A stretch of 64,000 nt of DNA, from positions 1,056,001 through 1,120,000 of the forward strand of contig CAWETI010000002.1 of assembly GCA_963812015.1 (NCBI GenBank), read 5' to 3'. Within the stretch, counting starts at the first letter, position 1, and each line of letters starts with the position of its first letter. Source of the DNA: an uncultured delta proteobacterium (GTDB lineage Bacteria > Desulfobacterota > Desulfobaccia > Desulfobaccales > 0-14-0-80-60-11). Position numbers and translations under genes: made by a program. This document shows, piece after piece, positions 54,990-64,000 of the stretch. The notes beneath the pieces were generated by a model that saw only the letters and a program-made list of their open reading frames with translations, had not been told where the DNA came from and did no database searches.

Positions 54990-55784
54990 ATGTTCAAGTT
55001 TGAAGACCATAAATGTTACCAGATGCCCGCCCATTTTGGCGGTTGGGACTATAACCCCACGGGAACCATCTACCGGGATACGGTGCAAATATCCTATGCT
55101 TATGCCACGGATGGAAACCGGCTAGCCGACTATCTGCCCGAGGGCTTTGAGCTGTTAAGACCGGAATTGCTGATCGCTTGCGTCCAGAGCCGTGAGGTCG
55201 AGTGGCTGGGGGGGGCAGCTTATAATCTGATCGAGGTTAGCGTCCCGGCCCGCTTCCAGGGTCGCCAAGATCGAGTGGAGGGGCAGTTTGCCCTGGTGGT
55301 CTGGGAGAATAAAACCGCCCCCATCCTGGGAGGACGGGAAGAATGTGGCATCCCGAAAATCTTTGCGGATATCCAGGATCTGCATAAAGTTCAGCAGAAT
55401 TACTTCACGAATGCCAGCTACGAAGGGAACACCTTTTTGCGTCTGGAGATGCATGGGGCACAACCCCTGGACGCACAGAAACTGGCGGAAATTAAAGCCC
55501 ACCCAGTCGAAAGAGTGCTCTTTGGGTGGCGCTATATTCCTAAGGTCGGGAATCCGGGGGCGGAATTGAGCCAGCCCATACTCTATCCCCAAAGCACGGA
55601 GGTTAATGGTGCCTGGATCGGCAAGGGCACAGTGCAATGGACGCAGCTCAAGCCGGAGCAAAGCCCACAGCAATGGCACATCATTAAGGCACTGGCGGAG
55701 TTGCCTATGAATGAGCTGACCCCGGCCATGATGGTGCAAGGTGTCAGTACATTAAAATCCATGCAGGCGCGCGTTCTCATATAG
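54990..55784 (+). CDS. Acetoacetate decarboxylase-like family protein
   Basis: YLPEGF, VWEN..PILGGREECGIPKIFADI with Schiff-base-position Lys. Confidence 0.85.
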   Translation: MFKFEDHKCYQMPAHFGGWDYNPTGTIYRDTVQISYAYATDGNRLADYLPEGFELLRPELLIACVQSREVEWLGGAAYNLIEVSVPARFQGRQDRVEGQFALVVWENKTAPILGGREECGIPKIFADIQDLHKVQQNYFTNASYEGNTFLRLEMHGAQPLDAQKLAEIKAHPVERVLFGWRYIPKVGNPGAELSQPILYPQSTEVNGAWIGKGTVQWTQLKPEQSPQQWHIIKALAELPMNELTPAMMVQGVSTLKSMQARVLI

Positions 55785-55882
55785 ACCGGCTACAATCTCT
55801 TAGCGCCTTGACACCTAACGCCACGATCCAAAAAGCAGCCCCCGGCTTTGTCCGGGGCTGCATGCCCTACAGGAGGAAGGAC

Positions 55883-56683
55883 ATGCAAGTTGAGGAGTAT
55901 TTCCATGGCAAGGGGTGTGTGGTTACTGGCGCCGCCTCGGGCATCGGTTTTGCCCTGACTAAAGCGCTGCTGCAAGCGGGCGCGGTGGTCTTTATGGCGG
56001 ACCGGGATACGCAGACGCTCACTTCCGCGGTCGAACAACTTACCGCCCCTGCCGGGCGGGTTCATTCCATGTCGGTGGACGTGACCAAGCAGGAGCAGGT
56101 TCAGCACATGGTTGAAGAGGCGGCCTCACGTCATGGCCGGCTTGATGTTCTCTTCAATAACGCCGGAATTGGCAGCCTTATCCAGATTGGCGAAGCAACG
56201 CTGGATCATTGGCGCCGCATCATCGACATCAATCTTTGGGGGGTCATATACGGAATTCATGCCGCCCTGCCCATCATGCGCCGCCAGGGCGGAGGCCACA
56301 TCGTTAACACCGCGTCCTTTGCCGGGCTTGCCCCATTTGCGTTCGAGGCTCTGTACTGCACCACCAAGTACGCGGTGGTCGGTCTCAGCGAAAGCCTGCG
56401 CTTCGAGTTGGGGGACGAGGGCATTCATTTCTCCGTGGTGTGCCCCGGACCTGTCGCCACACCCATGTTTGGAACCGTGAAGCCCCCGGAAATCGCCATC
56501 TCCGCTGAGGAGGCCGCACAGATTGCCCTGGAGGGCGTCGCCAACCAACAGGGCATCATAGCATTACCCGAAAAAATCCGGCAGATGTGGCGTCGGTACT
56601 GGAGTTCCCCTGAAGCCTTCGAGAGTGAGCTATGGGATCTGGCCCGGCAGCGGCGGACCCTTTCTCAAAAAAAAGGATCGTAA
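55883..56683 (+). CDS. Short-chain dehydrogenase/reductase
   Basis: TGAASGIG, NNAG, YCTTK, CPG. Confidence 0.93.
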   Translation: MQVEEYFHGKGCVVTGAASGIGFALTKALLQAGAVVFMADRDTQTLTSAVEQLTAPAGRVHSMSVDVTKQEQVQHMVEEAASRHGRLDVLFNNAGIGSLIQIGEATLDHWRRIIDINLWGVIYGIHAALPIMRRQGGGHIVNTASFAGLAPFAFEALYCTTKYAVVGLSESLRFELGDEGIHFSVVCPGPVATPMFGTVKPPEIAISAEEAAQIALEGVANQQGIIALPEKIRQMWRRYWSSPEAFESELWDLARQRRTLSQKKGS

Positions 56684-56856
56684 TACTAAGCCCGCGGAAC
56701 TTCGTCCGCCATTTTTCCAGGGGTTTCACGACCACCCTGCTCGCTTACGGACCCCTCTTCTCATGGCCGGGAGGGGGGTAGGGGGTGAAGTCTGGAAGCG
56801 AACCCTATCGGCAACTGGGGCTATGGAAAGCAAGGAGATAAAGGAGCACACGGATA

Positions 56857-57336
56857 ATGCAGTCGGTTGATTCTTACATCCGCACGCAAGGAATTAATTG
56901 CGCCGTGATCAACATGGTAATCAACCCCGTGGTGGCATGGCTCGGCAACCGACAGATGGAATTTATGCCGCTTTCGGGAGGAAGCGGCATTGTCGTCGAT
57001 ACCGCGGTGACGTCCATCGTCCTGTCGCTGTTGGTGGCACTGTTCATTGCCTCTGGGGTGCGTCAAGCTCTTCATGCGGGGACCCTGAACACCACTGACG
57101 GATCTCCCCGGGCGGGACGTCTGCTCACTCATCTGCCCAGGAAGGCATGGGCTCTCGGACTGCTACTTGGCCTTGGCGTCGCTTGCGTTTTCACCCCGCT
57201 CACCTTCGGGCTGTTCTATGCCCTTGGTTTTTCCGGACTTTCCTTCTGGGGATTCGCGCTGTTCAAGGCCATCTACACCGCCCCCCTGGGGTTTGTCGTC
57301 ACGCGCTGGGTGATCCTCCGGCAGTTATCGGGTTAA
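56857..57336 (+). CDS. Hypothetical 4-TM membrane protein
   Basis: SD AAGGAG, four hydrophobic segments. Confidence 0.7.
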   Translation: MQSVDSYIRTQGINCAVINMVINPVVAWLGNRQMEFMPLSGGSGIVVDTAVTSIVLSLLVALFIASGVRQALHAGTLNTTDGSPRAGRLLTHLPRKAWALGLLLGLGVACVFTPLTFGLFYALGFSGLSFWGFALFKAIYTAPLGFVVTRWVILRQLSG

Positions 57337-57635
57337 ATGTTCGGACACCTCAGGGGCGGCGAGTTGAATCTCAGCAGTGCCTGTACGGCCAACCTCTGCC
57401 GCGCCACGACGACACCGGATTCCAGGCCCGCCGCCCCGAGGACCAGCGCCTGTTAGCCTTGTGTGCAAATTAGTAGACTACGCCTGAATTGTTCCATCTG
57501 AAAATCAATATAACTTGCCAAAACCTTCCCTTATCACCGGCCCAGCAAAAACTGCAGCTATGATCTCGATATGCTTCAAGGGCGATAGACTTTAAAAGTA
57601 AAGGAATTTCTTGCAGTTTTTGGTAACCTAGATTT

Positions 57636-57782
57636 GCAACTGCCGCCGCTGGCTACTACAACCGCATTTTGTGGGAAGGGTTGATGGGCAACAAGCTTTA
57701 TCCCGCAGCGCCGACAGGCATGGACTTGAGCCAAAACCGCGAAGAGCTCCTGGCGCGTTACCACCGGCTCTATCTAAAGTAA
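57636..57782 (+). pseudogene. Start-less C-terminal fragment resembling beta-propeller/phosphoesterase protein tails
   Basis: ...YYNRILWEGLMGNKLYPAAPTGMDLSQNREELLARY...*. Resemblance is from memory only. Confidence 0.35.
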
Positions 57783-57857
57783 AAAAGTGGCGAGGGACAC
57801 AAGGCTGATTAACTTGGCGTATACGGAAAAAAGAATGCCACAACAGGGAAAACCGTT

Positions 57858-58922
57858 ATGAGAAAATTCGCATTAGTTTTCCTCCTCATTTTCGTGTCCT
57901 GCTCATGTGCCGGACATCCGTATTCCGATGACAAGGCGGTTCCAGGCGCCTCTACTCTCATCTGGCCTGCCGGTCTGCCGGTCTATGATCACATCATAAT
58001 TGTTGTGGAGGAGAACAAAGATTACGAAGAGATCATCGGGAACTCAAACGCGCCTTATATCAATAGCGTGCTAAAAAAAGAGGGGGCTAACTTCACGCAG
58101 ATGTATGGCGAGGAACACTTCAGTCAGGGCAACTACTTCTGGATATTTTCAGGCGACAATCATACCATCGGCTTCATTGACCAGGTTCCGTCGAAAGAGA
58201 ATAATCCCAACTACCCGTTCGAGACGACCAATCTGGGAGAGCAATTGATCAATAAGGGACTGTCATTCAAAGGCTATGCGGAGAGTCTGTCTACAATCGG
58301 TTTCACAGGTGATATGGCGTCGGCGGGCCTTTATGCAAGAAAACATGTCCCCTGGATCAGCTTTGCCAACGTTCCCAACGGCACAACGATCGCGACATCC
58401 TCCAACATAAGGTTCGCGGACTTTCCTTCCGACCCTGCCCAGTACGACACCTTACCCACCGTTGCCTTCGTCATTCCCAACCTAAAAAACGACATGCACG
58501 ACGGTCCCATCATAGAGAGCATTCCGGCAGGCGACCGATGGTTGCAGAAGAACATCGATCCCTACTATCAATGGGCTAAAGATCACAACAGCCTTCTGAT
58601 CCTCACATTCGATGAAAACGATGATAAAAGGCGCTATCTGGGATTGACAAATCCGTTGGTGGATCCACAGACCTGTACTGGCGAGGGTCGCGATCACGAG
58701 TACTGCGTCGACTTGCAGAATCGCATTGTCACGATTTTTGCGGGGGCGCATATCAAGCCCGGTGATTACCCCGAGGGCAAAGGAATTACACACGTCAACA
58801 TCCTGCGCACACTCGAGGCGATGTATGGATTGTCAAAAGCAGGCGCCCAACAACCCAACGCCGCGGGAGGAGGCATCACCGACAACTACATTGTCACTGA
58901 TGTTTTTGAGATCAGAAAGTAA
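57858..58922 (+). CDS. Secreted/lipoprotein acid phosphatase (phosphoesterase family)
   Basis: DHIIIVVEENK, HFSQGNY, YARKHVPW, NDMHDG, TFDE. Confidence 0.85.
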   Translation: MRKFALVFLLIFVSCSCAGHPYSDDKAVPGASTLIWPAGLPVYDHIIIVVEENKDYEEIIGNSNAPYINSVLKKEGANFTQMYGEEHFSQGNYFWIFSGDNHTIGFIDQVPSKENNPNYPFETTNLGEQLINKGLSFKGYAESLSTIGFTGDMASAGLYARKHVPWISFANVPNGTTIATSSNIRFADFPSDPAQYDTLPTVAFVIPNLKNDMHDGPIIESIPAGDRWLQKNIDPYYQWAKDHNSLLILTFDENDDKRRYLGLTNPLVDPQTCTGEGRDHEYCVDLQNRIVTIFAGAHIKPGDYPEGKGITHVNILRTLEAMYGLSKAGAQQPNAAGGGITDNYIVTDVFEIRK

Positions 58923-59330
58923 CGGTGCATCTGAGCAGTCGTCTCTAGTTCCGCATTAGCAATCATACTGTCTATGCTTTGTACAAAGAGATTCAACAGA
59001 AGTATCGCTCCTCTATAGGTAACAAGGCATAAATTAGCTACTTTTCTATACGACCGGTTTTCCCCGATCATATAGACATTAAGGGAGGCCCCTCGATGGC
59101 TGACATTCTTCGCTTCGCAAATAAATTGGGGTTGATATCTTGCCAGGACCAAAACTTATCAAATTTCCAGAGAAAATTTATGATATACTTTTTATATCGA
59201 AATGGGGGTGCCAACTATCCCCTTATTGACTGACGGGGGGGGTCACTATAACTCACCATAGGCTGGGCAAAGAGCATAGGCCTTTGAAGCATCAGGTCCC
59301 CTTTCTCATTGCATTGCCTGAGGAGAGGGC

Positions 59331-59654
59331 ATGTCGAATTGGGTCTCTATATTTACCTTGCTTGTAGTAATATTAATCAATGGTTGCGCGGCGCCGCCAA
59401 AACCAAATGCCAGGAGCGATTTTGAAGAGCTGTGCCAAACCTTAGGCAAAACTGACGGCAAGATCAGTAAAGAAGATCTGCTGGCTGCGGTTAGCGATAG
59501 AGAACAGGCTGAGAAGATTTTTGATATGTGTGAGAAAAATAAACAGGGTTTTTTGACGGTGGAAGAAGCAGCGCGCCAAGACTGGGCGATTAGGCAACTT
59601 TTAATGCTCTATCTACCACCCAAATTGCCTCCACCGCGAGGAGGTCGAAAATAA
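59331..59654 (+). CDS. Small lipoprotein with EF-hand-like motifs
   Basis: Lipobox INGC, DGKISKED, NKQGFLTVEE. Confidence 0.65.
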   Translation: MSNWVSIFTLLVVILINGCAAPPKPNARSDFEELCQTLGKTDGKISKEDLLAAVSDREQAEKIFDMCEKNKQGFLTVEEAARQDWAIRQLLMLYLPPKLPPPRGGRK

Positions 59655-59936
59655 TTTTAAGACAAATCGCAACTTGTAACTAGCTTGCCACGAGATGGAC
59701 TTATCGGTGGAGCAGGAAAAATTGCAGATATGGGTTGGATATGCGAAGCTTTCGGGGCCTCGATAAGTTCCCCGGAAGGACTCTCATCTCCGATTGATGC
59801 TTGAGGTCAGGCGAGCACCAGGTACAGAGACACCAAAGGCATGAATCAAACTGAGACTAGGACAAAGTCCTCAGAGGCCGCCTGGGCTGATGGCGGCCTC
59901 CAGGAATTTATAAAAATAAGTTATCGTATGAAGGGT

Positions 59937-61160
59937 CTAGGCCAGCAACTCCAAGGCCTGACGCATGAACTCCGTGATGGCCAGGCCGCGCGGACAGGCC
60001 TGCTCTGCCTGGGAGTAGTCGATCTCGGTCAACCGGCGCCTAACCTCCTCGGATAGCCCAGAGAAGGTCAGCCTTGCCAGGTCCGGCTCGCCATAGTACT
60101 GGTGGTACATGAGGCAGCGCATGACCTCGCTCACCGGGACAGTCCCGCCCACAGCCTCCTGGCAGATTTTGCCGCAGCCGGCGCAGTAGTCCGCCTCCGT
60201 CTCCAGGGCATACCGGCGCATCGTTTCGACCTCCTCCCGGGTCAGTTTGGTCAGATCCCGGGCCGCAGCCACGTTGGACGAGAGGATGGTCAAATTGTGC
60301 ATCTGGGAGCAAATGCTGGCGATTTTAGGGTTTTCCCACACGATCTTGAGGTTGGCCTGCTTGTCCGTGAATCCCCGCTTTAGAAACCGGTTAGCCATTT
60401 CCAGCCTGGTTTCACTGGAGAGCTTCTCTGGCCCCGGTCTGCCAGCCTGGCTCTTCATGGCCACCAAACCGATGCCGGCCTGGCTAGCGGCATTGACAGC
60501 TCCCTGCATCTTGAGGGTGTTCATGACCTGGAAGTTGTAGGTAAACATCACTGCGTCGATCCAGTCCAGCTTGGCCGCGGCCACGAGACAGTCTTCCATG
60601 TTGGTGTGGGTGGCGAAGCCGAAGAACTTGAACTTGCCGGCCTTTTTCATTTGTGCGGCCCAATCCTTGATGGCCGGCGTCAGTTCGTCGATGGTGCTGA
60701 GGGCAGGCATCAAAAACAGATCCAAGTATGCAGTTTGCAGCCTTTGCAGACACTTGTCCAGGCGCTCGGTGAAGTCGCCACCCTTGGTCTGGAGCTTGGT
60801 CACCAGGAAGATCTCCTTGCGGGCGTCGGGATTGCGGGAGAAGAAGCGGCCAATGCCTTCTTCGCTCAAGGTGTTGCCGTAGTGCTCGGCCGTGTCCCAG
60901 TGCGTGACGCCCCATTTCAGGGCCTGCTTGAGGAGTAGCTGATTGTTGATAGTGTCGAACATGCAGCCCAGGGAGAGGATGGAAACATCCACCCCGGTCT
61001 TCCCCAGCTTGCGCCTGGGCACGGTGTCAGCCTGGGCCGCAGGCGGCGGCGCGGCCAGGGCAGCGGTGGCGTCGGCCCCAGCCATGGCTAAGCCTGCGAG
61101 TCCGACGGTAGTCACGAACTCCCGGCGGGTAAGATCGGCATCTTTAGTTTTCCGGCTCAT
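59937..61160 (-). CDS. Tat-signal aldo/keto reductase with C-terminal Fe-S cysteines
   Basis: TRREFV, RKLGKTG, WDTAEHY, CAGCGKIC, ACP. Confidence 0.88.
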   Translation of the reverse strand: MSRKTKDADLTRREFVTTVGLAGLAMAGADATAALAAPPPAAQADTVPRRKLGKTGVDVSILSLGCMFDTINNQLLLKQALKWGVTHWDTAEHYGNTLSEEGIGRFFSRNPDARKEIFLVTKLQTKGGDFTERLDKCLQRLQTAYLDLFLMPALSTIDELTPAIKDWAAQMKKAGKFKFFGFATHTNMEDCLVAAAKLDWIDAVMFTYNFQVMNTLKMQGAVNAASQAGIGLVAMKSQAGRPGPEKLSSETRLEMANRFLKRGFTDKQANLKIVWENPKIASICSQMHNLTILSSNVAAARDLTKLTREEVETMRRYALETEADYCAGCGKICQEAVGGTVPVSEVMRCLMYHQYYGEPDLARLTFSGLSEEVRRRLTEIDYSQAEQACPRGLAITEFMRQALELLA

Positions 61161-61356
61161 GGCAGTCTCCTCCTCTTGGCCCCGGTATGCCGTTAAATGA
61201 ACAGGCGTCCCGGGTGGGAACGGGATTCATTCTCACTGTATATGCGGATGGCGCGCTGGCCCGATACCGGGCATTCAGGTTCGCACCTGCCGCAACCGAT
61301 GCACTCGGCGGGGTCCATGTAAGAACGGGGCAATCGCATCACGTTTTCCGGCCAAC

Positions 61357-61971
61357 TTATTGGGAGATTTTCTTCCCCTGGTTGAGATCGTATATCGGGG
61401 CAAATTTCAGATCCTGGCGCAAGAATTTTTCCGGAGATTGGTTGAGGAGTTCCCCGTTCTTTTGGATAAAACGCAGTTCGGCCCCGACCCCGTAGCCCTC
61501 CTGGCAGGCCTGCTCCAGTTTGGATTTGGTGGGGCCATACTCCGGTTCGGTCTTGCTCTGGCCATGGAACTGGCGCCGATAGTCAATCCATTGTTGGGGA
61601 GTCAGGCCACTTTGGTCGATGAAGACATAGTAGATCACTTTATCCGGACAGTCCTCCTCCAGATAGAGAGTATACTCTGCAGGCTGGCCCGGACTGCCTG
61701 CCCTGCCCTGGGCATTCTTGGCGCCCGCCTCGATGAGCCAGGTCGTGGGGCATTTGCGGGAAGCAACAAAGGACTTAATTGGACCGAAAATGAAGTCCGG
61801 GGTCATCTCTTCGGCCACGAAATTGCCGGCCAGGAACTTCTCTGGGGGGGTGAAGATGGTTAGGCTATTAGTTTTCCGCAGCGCCGTGGCCTTCTGGCTC
61901 GCCGCCGAGGCTGCGGAGCTATTACCCACCAAAAGCAGACACCCCAAGAATAATGGCAATAGACGCATCAT
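61357..61971 (-). CDS. Hypothetical secreted protein
   Basis: SD GGAGG, signal peptide, no recognised family. Confidence 0.65.
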   Translation of the reverse strand: MMRLLPLFLGCLLLVGNSSAASAASQKATALRKTNSLTIFTPPEKFLAGNFVAEEMTPDFIFGPIKSFVASRKCPTTWLIEAGAKNAQGRAGSPGQPAEYTLYLEEDCPDKVIYYVFIDQSGLTPQQWIDYRRQFHGQSKTEPEYGPTKSKLEQACQEGYGVGAELRFIQKNGELLNQSPEKFLRQDLKFAPIYDLNQGKKISQ

Positions 61972-63074
61972 AGCCCATCCTCCCTGGTCACGAGATGTTC
62001 AAGGTAAGGAATGTGTCCCCTAACTTTCAATGACTCCTTATATATCAATTTTTACTAAAAACACTTGAAAAATTAAGGGAAGGAATTGGCAGGCAAAGGC
62101 TCCAAAATGGAGTTGATGATGGTTTAATGTTAGTCACCCAAAAGTGAAGCTACCTTGCCACTATCCGCCCTTCTGCTAATCATTCCATATGATTCGTATA
62201 TTGGAACCTTTGCAAATAGAGGCTGAATTGGGAATTCTCCCGAAAAATTGAAAAAATTCCGGGGAGATCGTATTGATTGAGGGGGAGTCCCTCCCGAGGT
62301 GTCCGGTTCCCGACATAGACCAAGGGCAGGGGTGCGGGACCGGGCAGTCCTGAAGCCGGAAGCAGCAGACATTAAGAAATCTGCACGGGGTATCGTGGTC
62401 CTCTGTTCAAAATGAAAAATTGCAAAAATTTCCTCCATTAACCACGCGGCCAGGGGTCCGCCGGAACCATCCCCAGCCGCCCGGATGCCGCCACAGCCCC
62501 AGCCCAACCCCCCCCGCTACCCAGACCGGATTTTTGTTATAAAATTTTTGGGGGTCCGTAAGACCCGGGGGGTGTTCCAGGCCGGGATCTTCCTGGGATG
62601 AAAAACGTTATTGACGAAAATATGGAGGTCGGGGTCCGGACCGGGCATTGATAGTACGGGGGGGGAGTCCCTGGTCCCGGGGTTCCGGGTTCGCGGCTGG
62701 CGCTAGGTGCGATTAGGGGGCAGGTGGTGGGGGGCCAGGGCTGGGCTGGGGGGCGAGGGCGGCAGTCCATCACTCCTGGACTGCGTTGGCGGGGGCGCCG
62801 GGTCGAGGGCGGTGGTCTGGGTCCGGGGCCAGGGACGGGGCGGTTAAGCGTAGAGGTCTGGAAGGCTGAGGCTGTCCTGGCCGGCCGGGGGGACGGGCGA
62901 TTAAGCGCACCCCCCCATCCTTCCCCACGGATTTTCCCTTCCGGAAATGGGGGGGGCGCGTCCTGCGGAAAATGCGTTTCCACCTAATCCCCTTAAAAAT
63001 TTAGTGAATATTGCCGGAGAACGCGAGGGACGGGAGAATAGGGGGAGTATATCAGGAAAAAATCGCTTTTTCGC

Positions 63075-63102
63075 TTGACAATATAGACGCAACGCCTATA
63101 AT
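63075..63102 (+). promoter_or_regulatory. Consensus sigma70 promoter with overlapping palindromic operator
   Basis: TTGACA-N16-TATAAT, with TATAGACG-CAA-CGCCTATA inverted repeat at 63082-63100. Confidence 0.75.
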
Positions 63103-63109
63103 TAATGGC

Positions 63110-63325
63110 ATGAAGGGACGCTATCTAACCGAATGGCGAAAACGGTGGGGCCTGACCCAAATCAAGCTGGCCCAGGTTTTGGGTGTTGATGTGATGACCG
63201 TCAGTAGATGGGAGCGGGGGGTTCAGGGTCCCACACCCGTTCTTCGCCTGGCCCTGGAGGCCCTGGAACATCGGATAACGAAGGAAGCCGGATACAAGGA
63301 GAAAGACCATGGCGATCTTAGCTGA
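63110..63325 (+). CDS. XRE-family HTH regulator (probably leaderless)
   Basis: GLTQIKLAQVLGVDVMTVSRWERG. Confidence 0.85.
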   Translation: MKGRYLTEWRKRWGLTQIKLAQVLGVDVMTVSRWERGVQGPTPVLRLALEALEHRITKEAGYKEKDHGDLS

Positions 63326-64000
63326 GTGCCCCATATGCCACATGCAGCAGGCAGTCAAGCATCGAAATTGCGTCTGTGGTGAGGACCTGGTGAAGGCCAA
63401 GCGGTTGAAAAAAGTCCGCTACTGGGTCAATTACCGGCTCGCTAATGGGAAACAGCGCCGGGAGGCCGTGGGGTATCTCATTGAGGAGGCCCGGGCCGCA
63501 GAGGGCAAGCGCAAGGCTCAGAAATATGAGAACCCGGTGATCTTGGAAAAGGTACCGGCGGAGAAAATGATCTTTACCGAGCTTGCTGACTGGTATCTTG
63601 AACAGAAATCTATATAGAAACTGTCTTCCTTCAATCGTATAAAGGGAATCCTGGGCAACTTCAATGAAGTTTTTGGCGGCCGGATTGTCAGCAGCACTAA
63701 ATTTCAGGACCTGGAAGAGTACCAGGACAAGCGGGAAGAGGAGGGCCGGGCGCCGGCCACCATTGACATGGAAATCAGCATCGTCAAAACCATGGTGACC
63801 AAGGCATTCGACAATGACCTGGTGGATGGTAGGACGGTGAAGGCATTCCGGCGCGTTAAAAGGAAATTGAGGCGGGGAGCCAATGCCAGACGGCGCACTA
63901 TCACCATTGCTGAATATCTCAAGCTAGTGGAGGTGGCCGCACCGCATCTCAAGAGAATCTTGACGGTTACCTATAACACCGGCATGAGAACGGCCGAAAT
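63309..64000 (+). pseudogene. Tyrosine recombinase/integrase with in-frame TAG at 63615-63617 (runs off window)
   Basis: Same frame continues after TAG: KLSSFNRIKG...RAPATID...YNTGMRTAE (box I). N-terminal CPIC..CVC. Confidence 0.8.

Overview
GC-rich bacterial chromosome segment. Gene content (group II nif operon with nifI1/I2, DUF3365 haem sensor, PaaK/Liv cluster, Sec-SelD) suggests an anaerobic Desulfobacterota/Syntrophobacterales-like organism, which is an inference. Layout: (1) 0.5-4.8 kb: minus-strand operon TIM-barrel, selenocysteine-containing SelD, ApgM-like phosphomutase, nucleotidyltransferase. It is preceded by a sigma70 promoter and an unidentified ~115-nt highly base-paired RNA. 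(2) HAD, uppP, HAS-like GT2 and a radical SAM gene. (3) 9.9-19.3 kb: sigma54-driven nifH-(sORF)-I1-I2-D-K-fdx-E-N-B. (4) A haem-c sensor kinase and sigma54 regulator divergent from a YeiH exporter. (5) leuD-leuB-asd-rsmD-coaD housekeeping genes. (6) A paaK-ACT-liv ABC cluster with a second, degenerate PaaK, and inverted heptamer arrays in several spacers. (7) From about 43.7 kb, an accessory region with an IS3 stub, a porin-DUF362-ADC-SDR cassette, two inverted diverged non-coding blocks, and an XRE-integrase pair whose integrase carries an in-frame TAG. I found no rRNA, tRNA or CRISPR array. All family calls are from motif recognition by eye, not database searches. The best novelty candidates are the selD operon with its leader RNA, the inverted non-coding blocks, the heptamer hairpin elements and the DUF362/ADC cassette.
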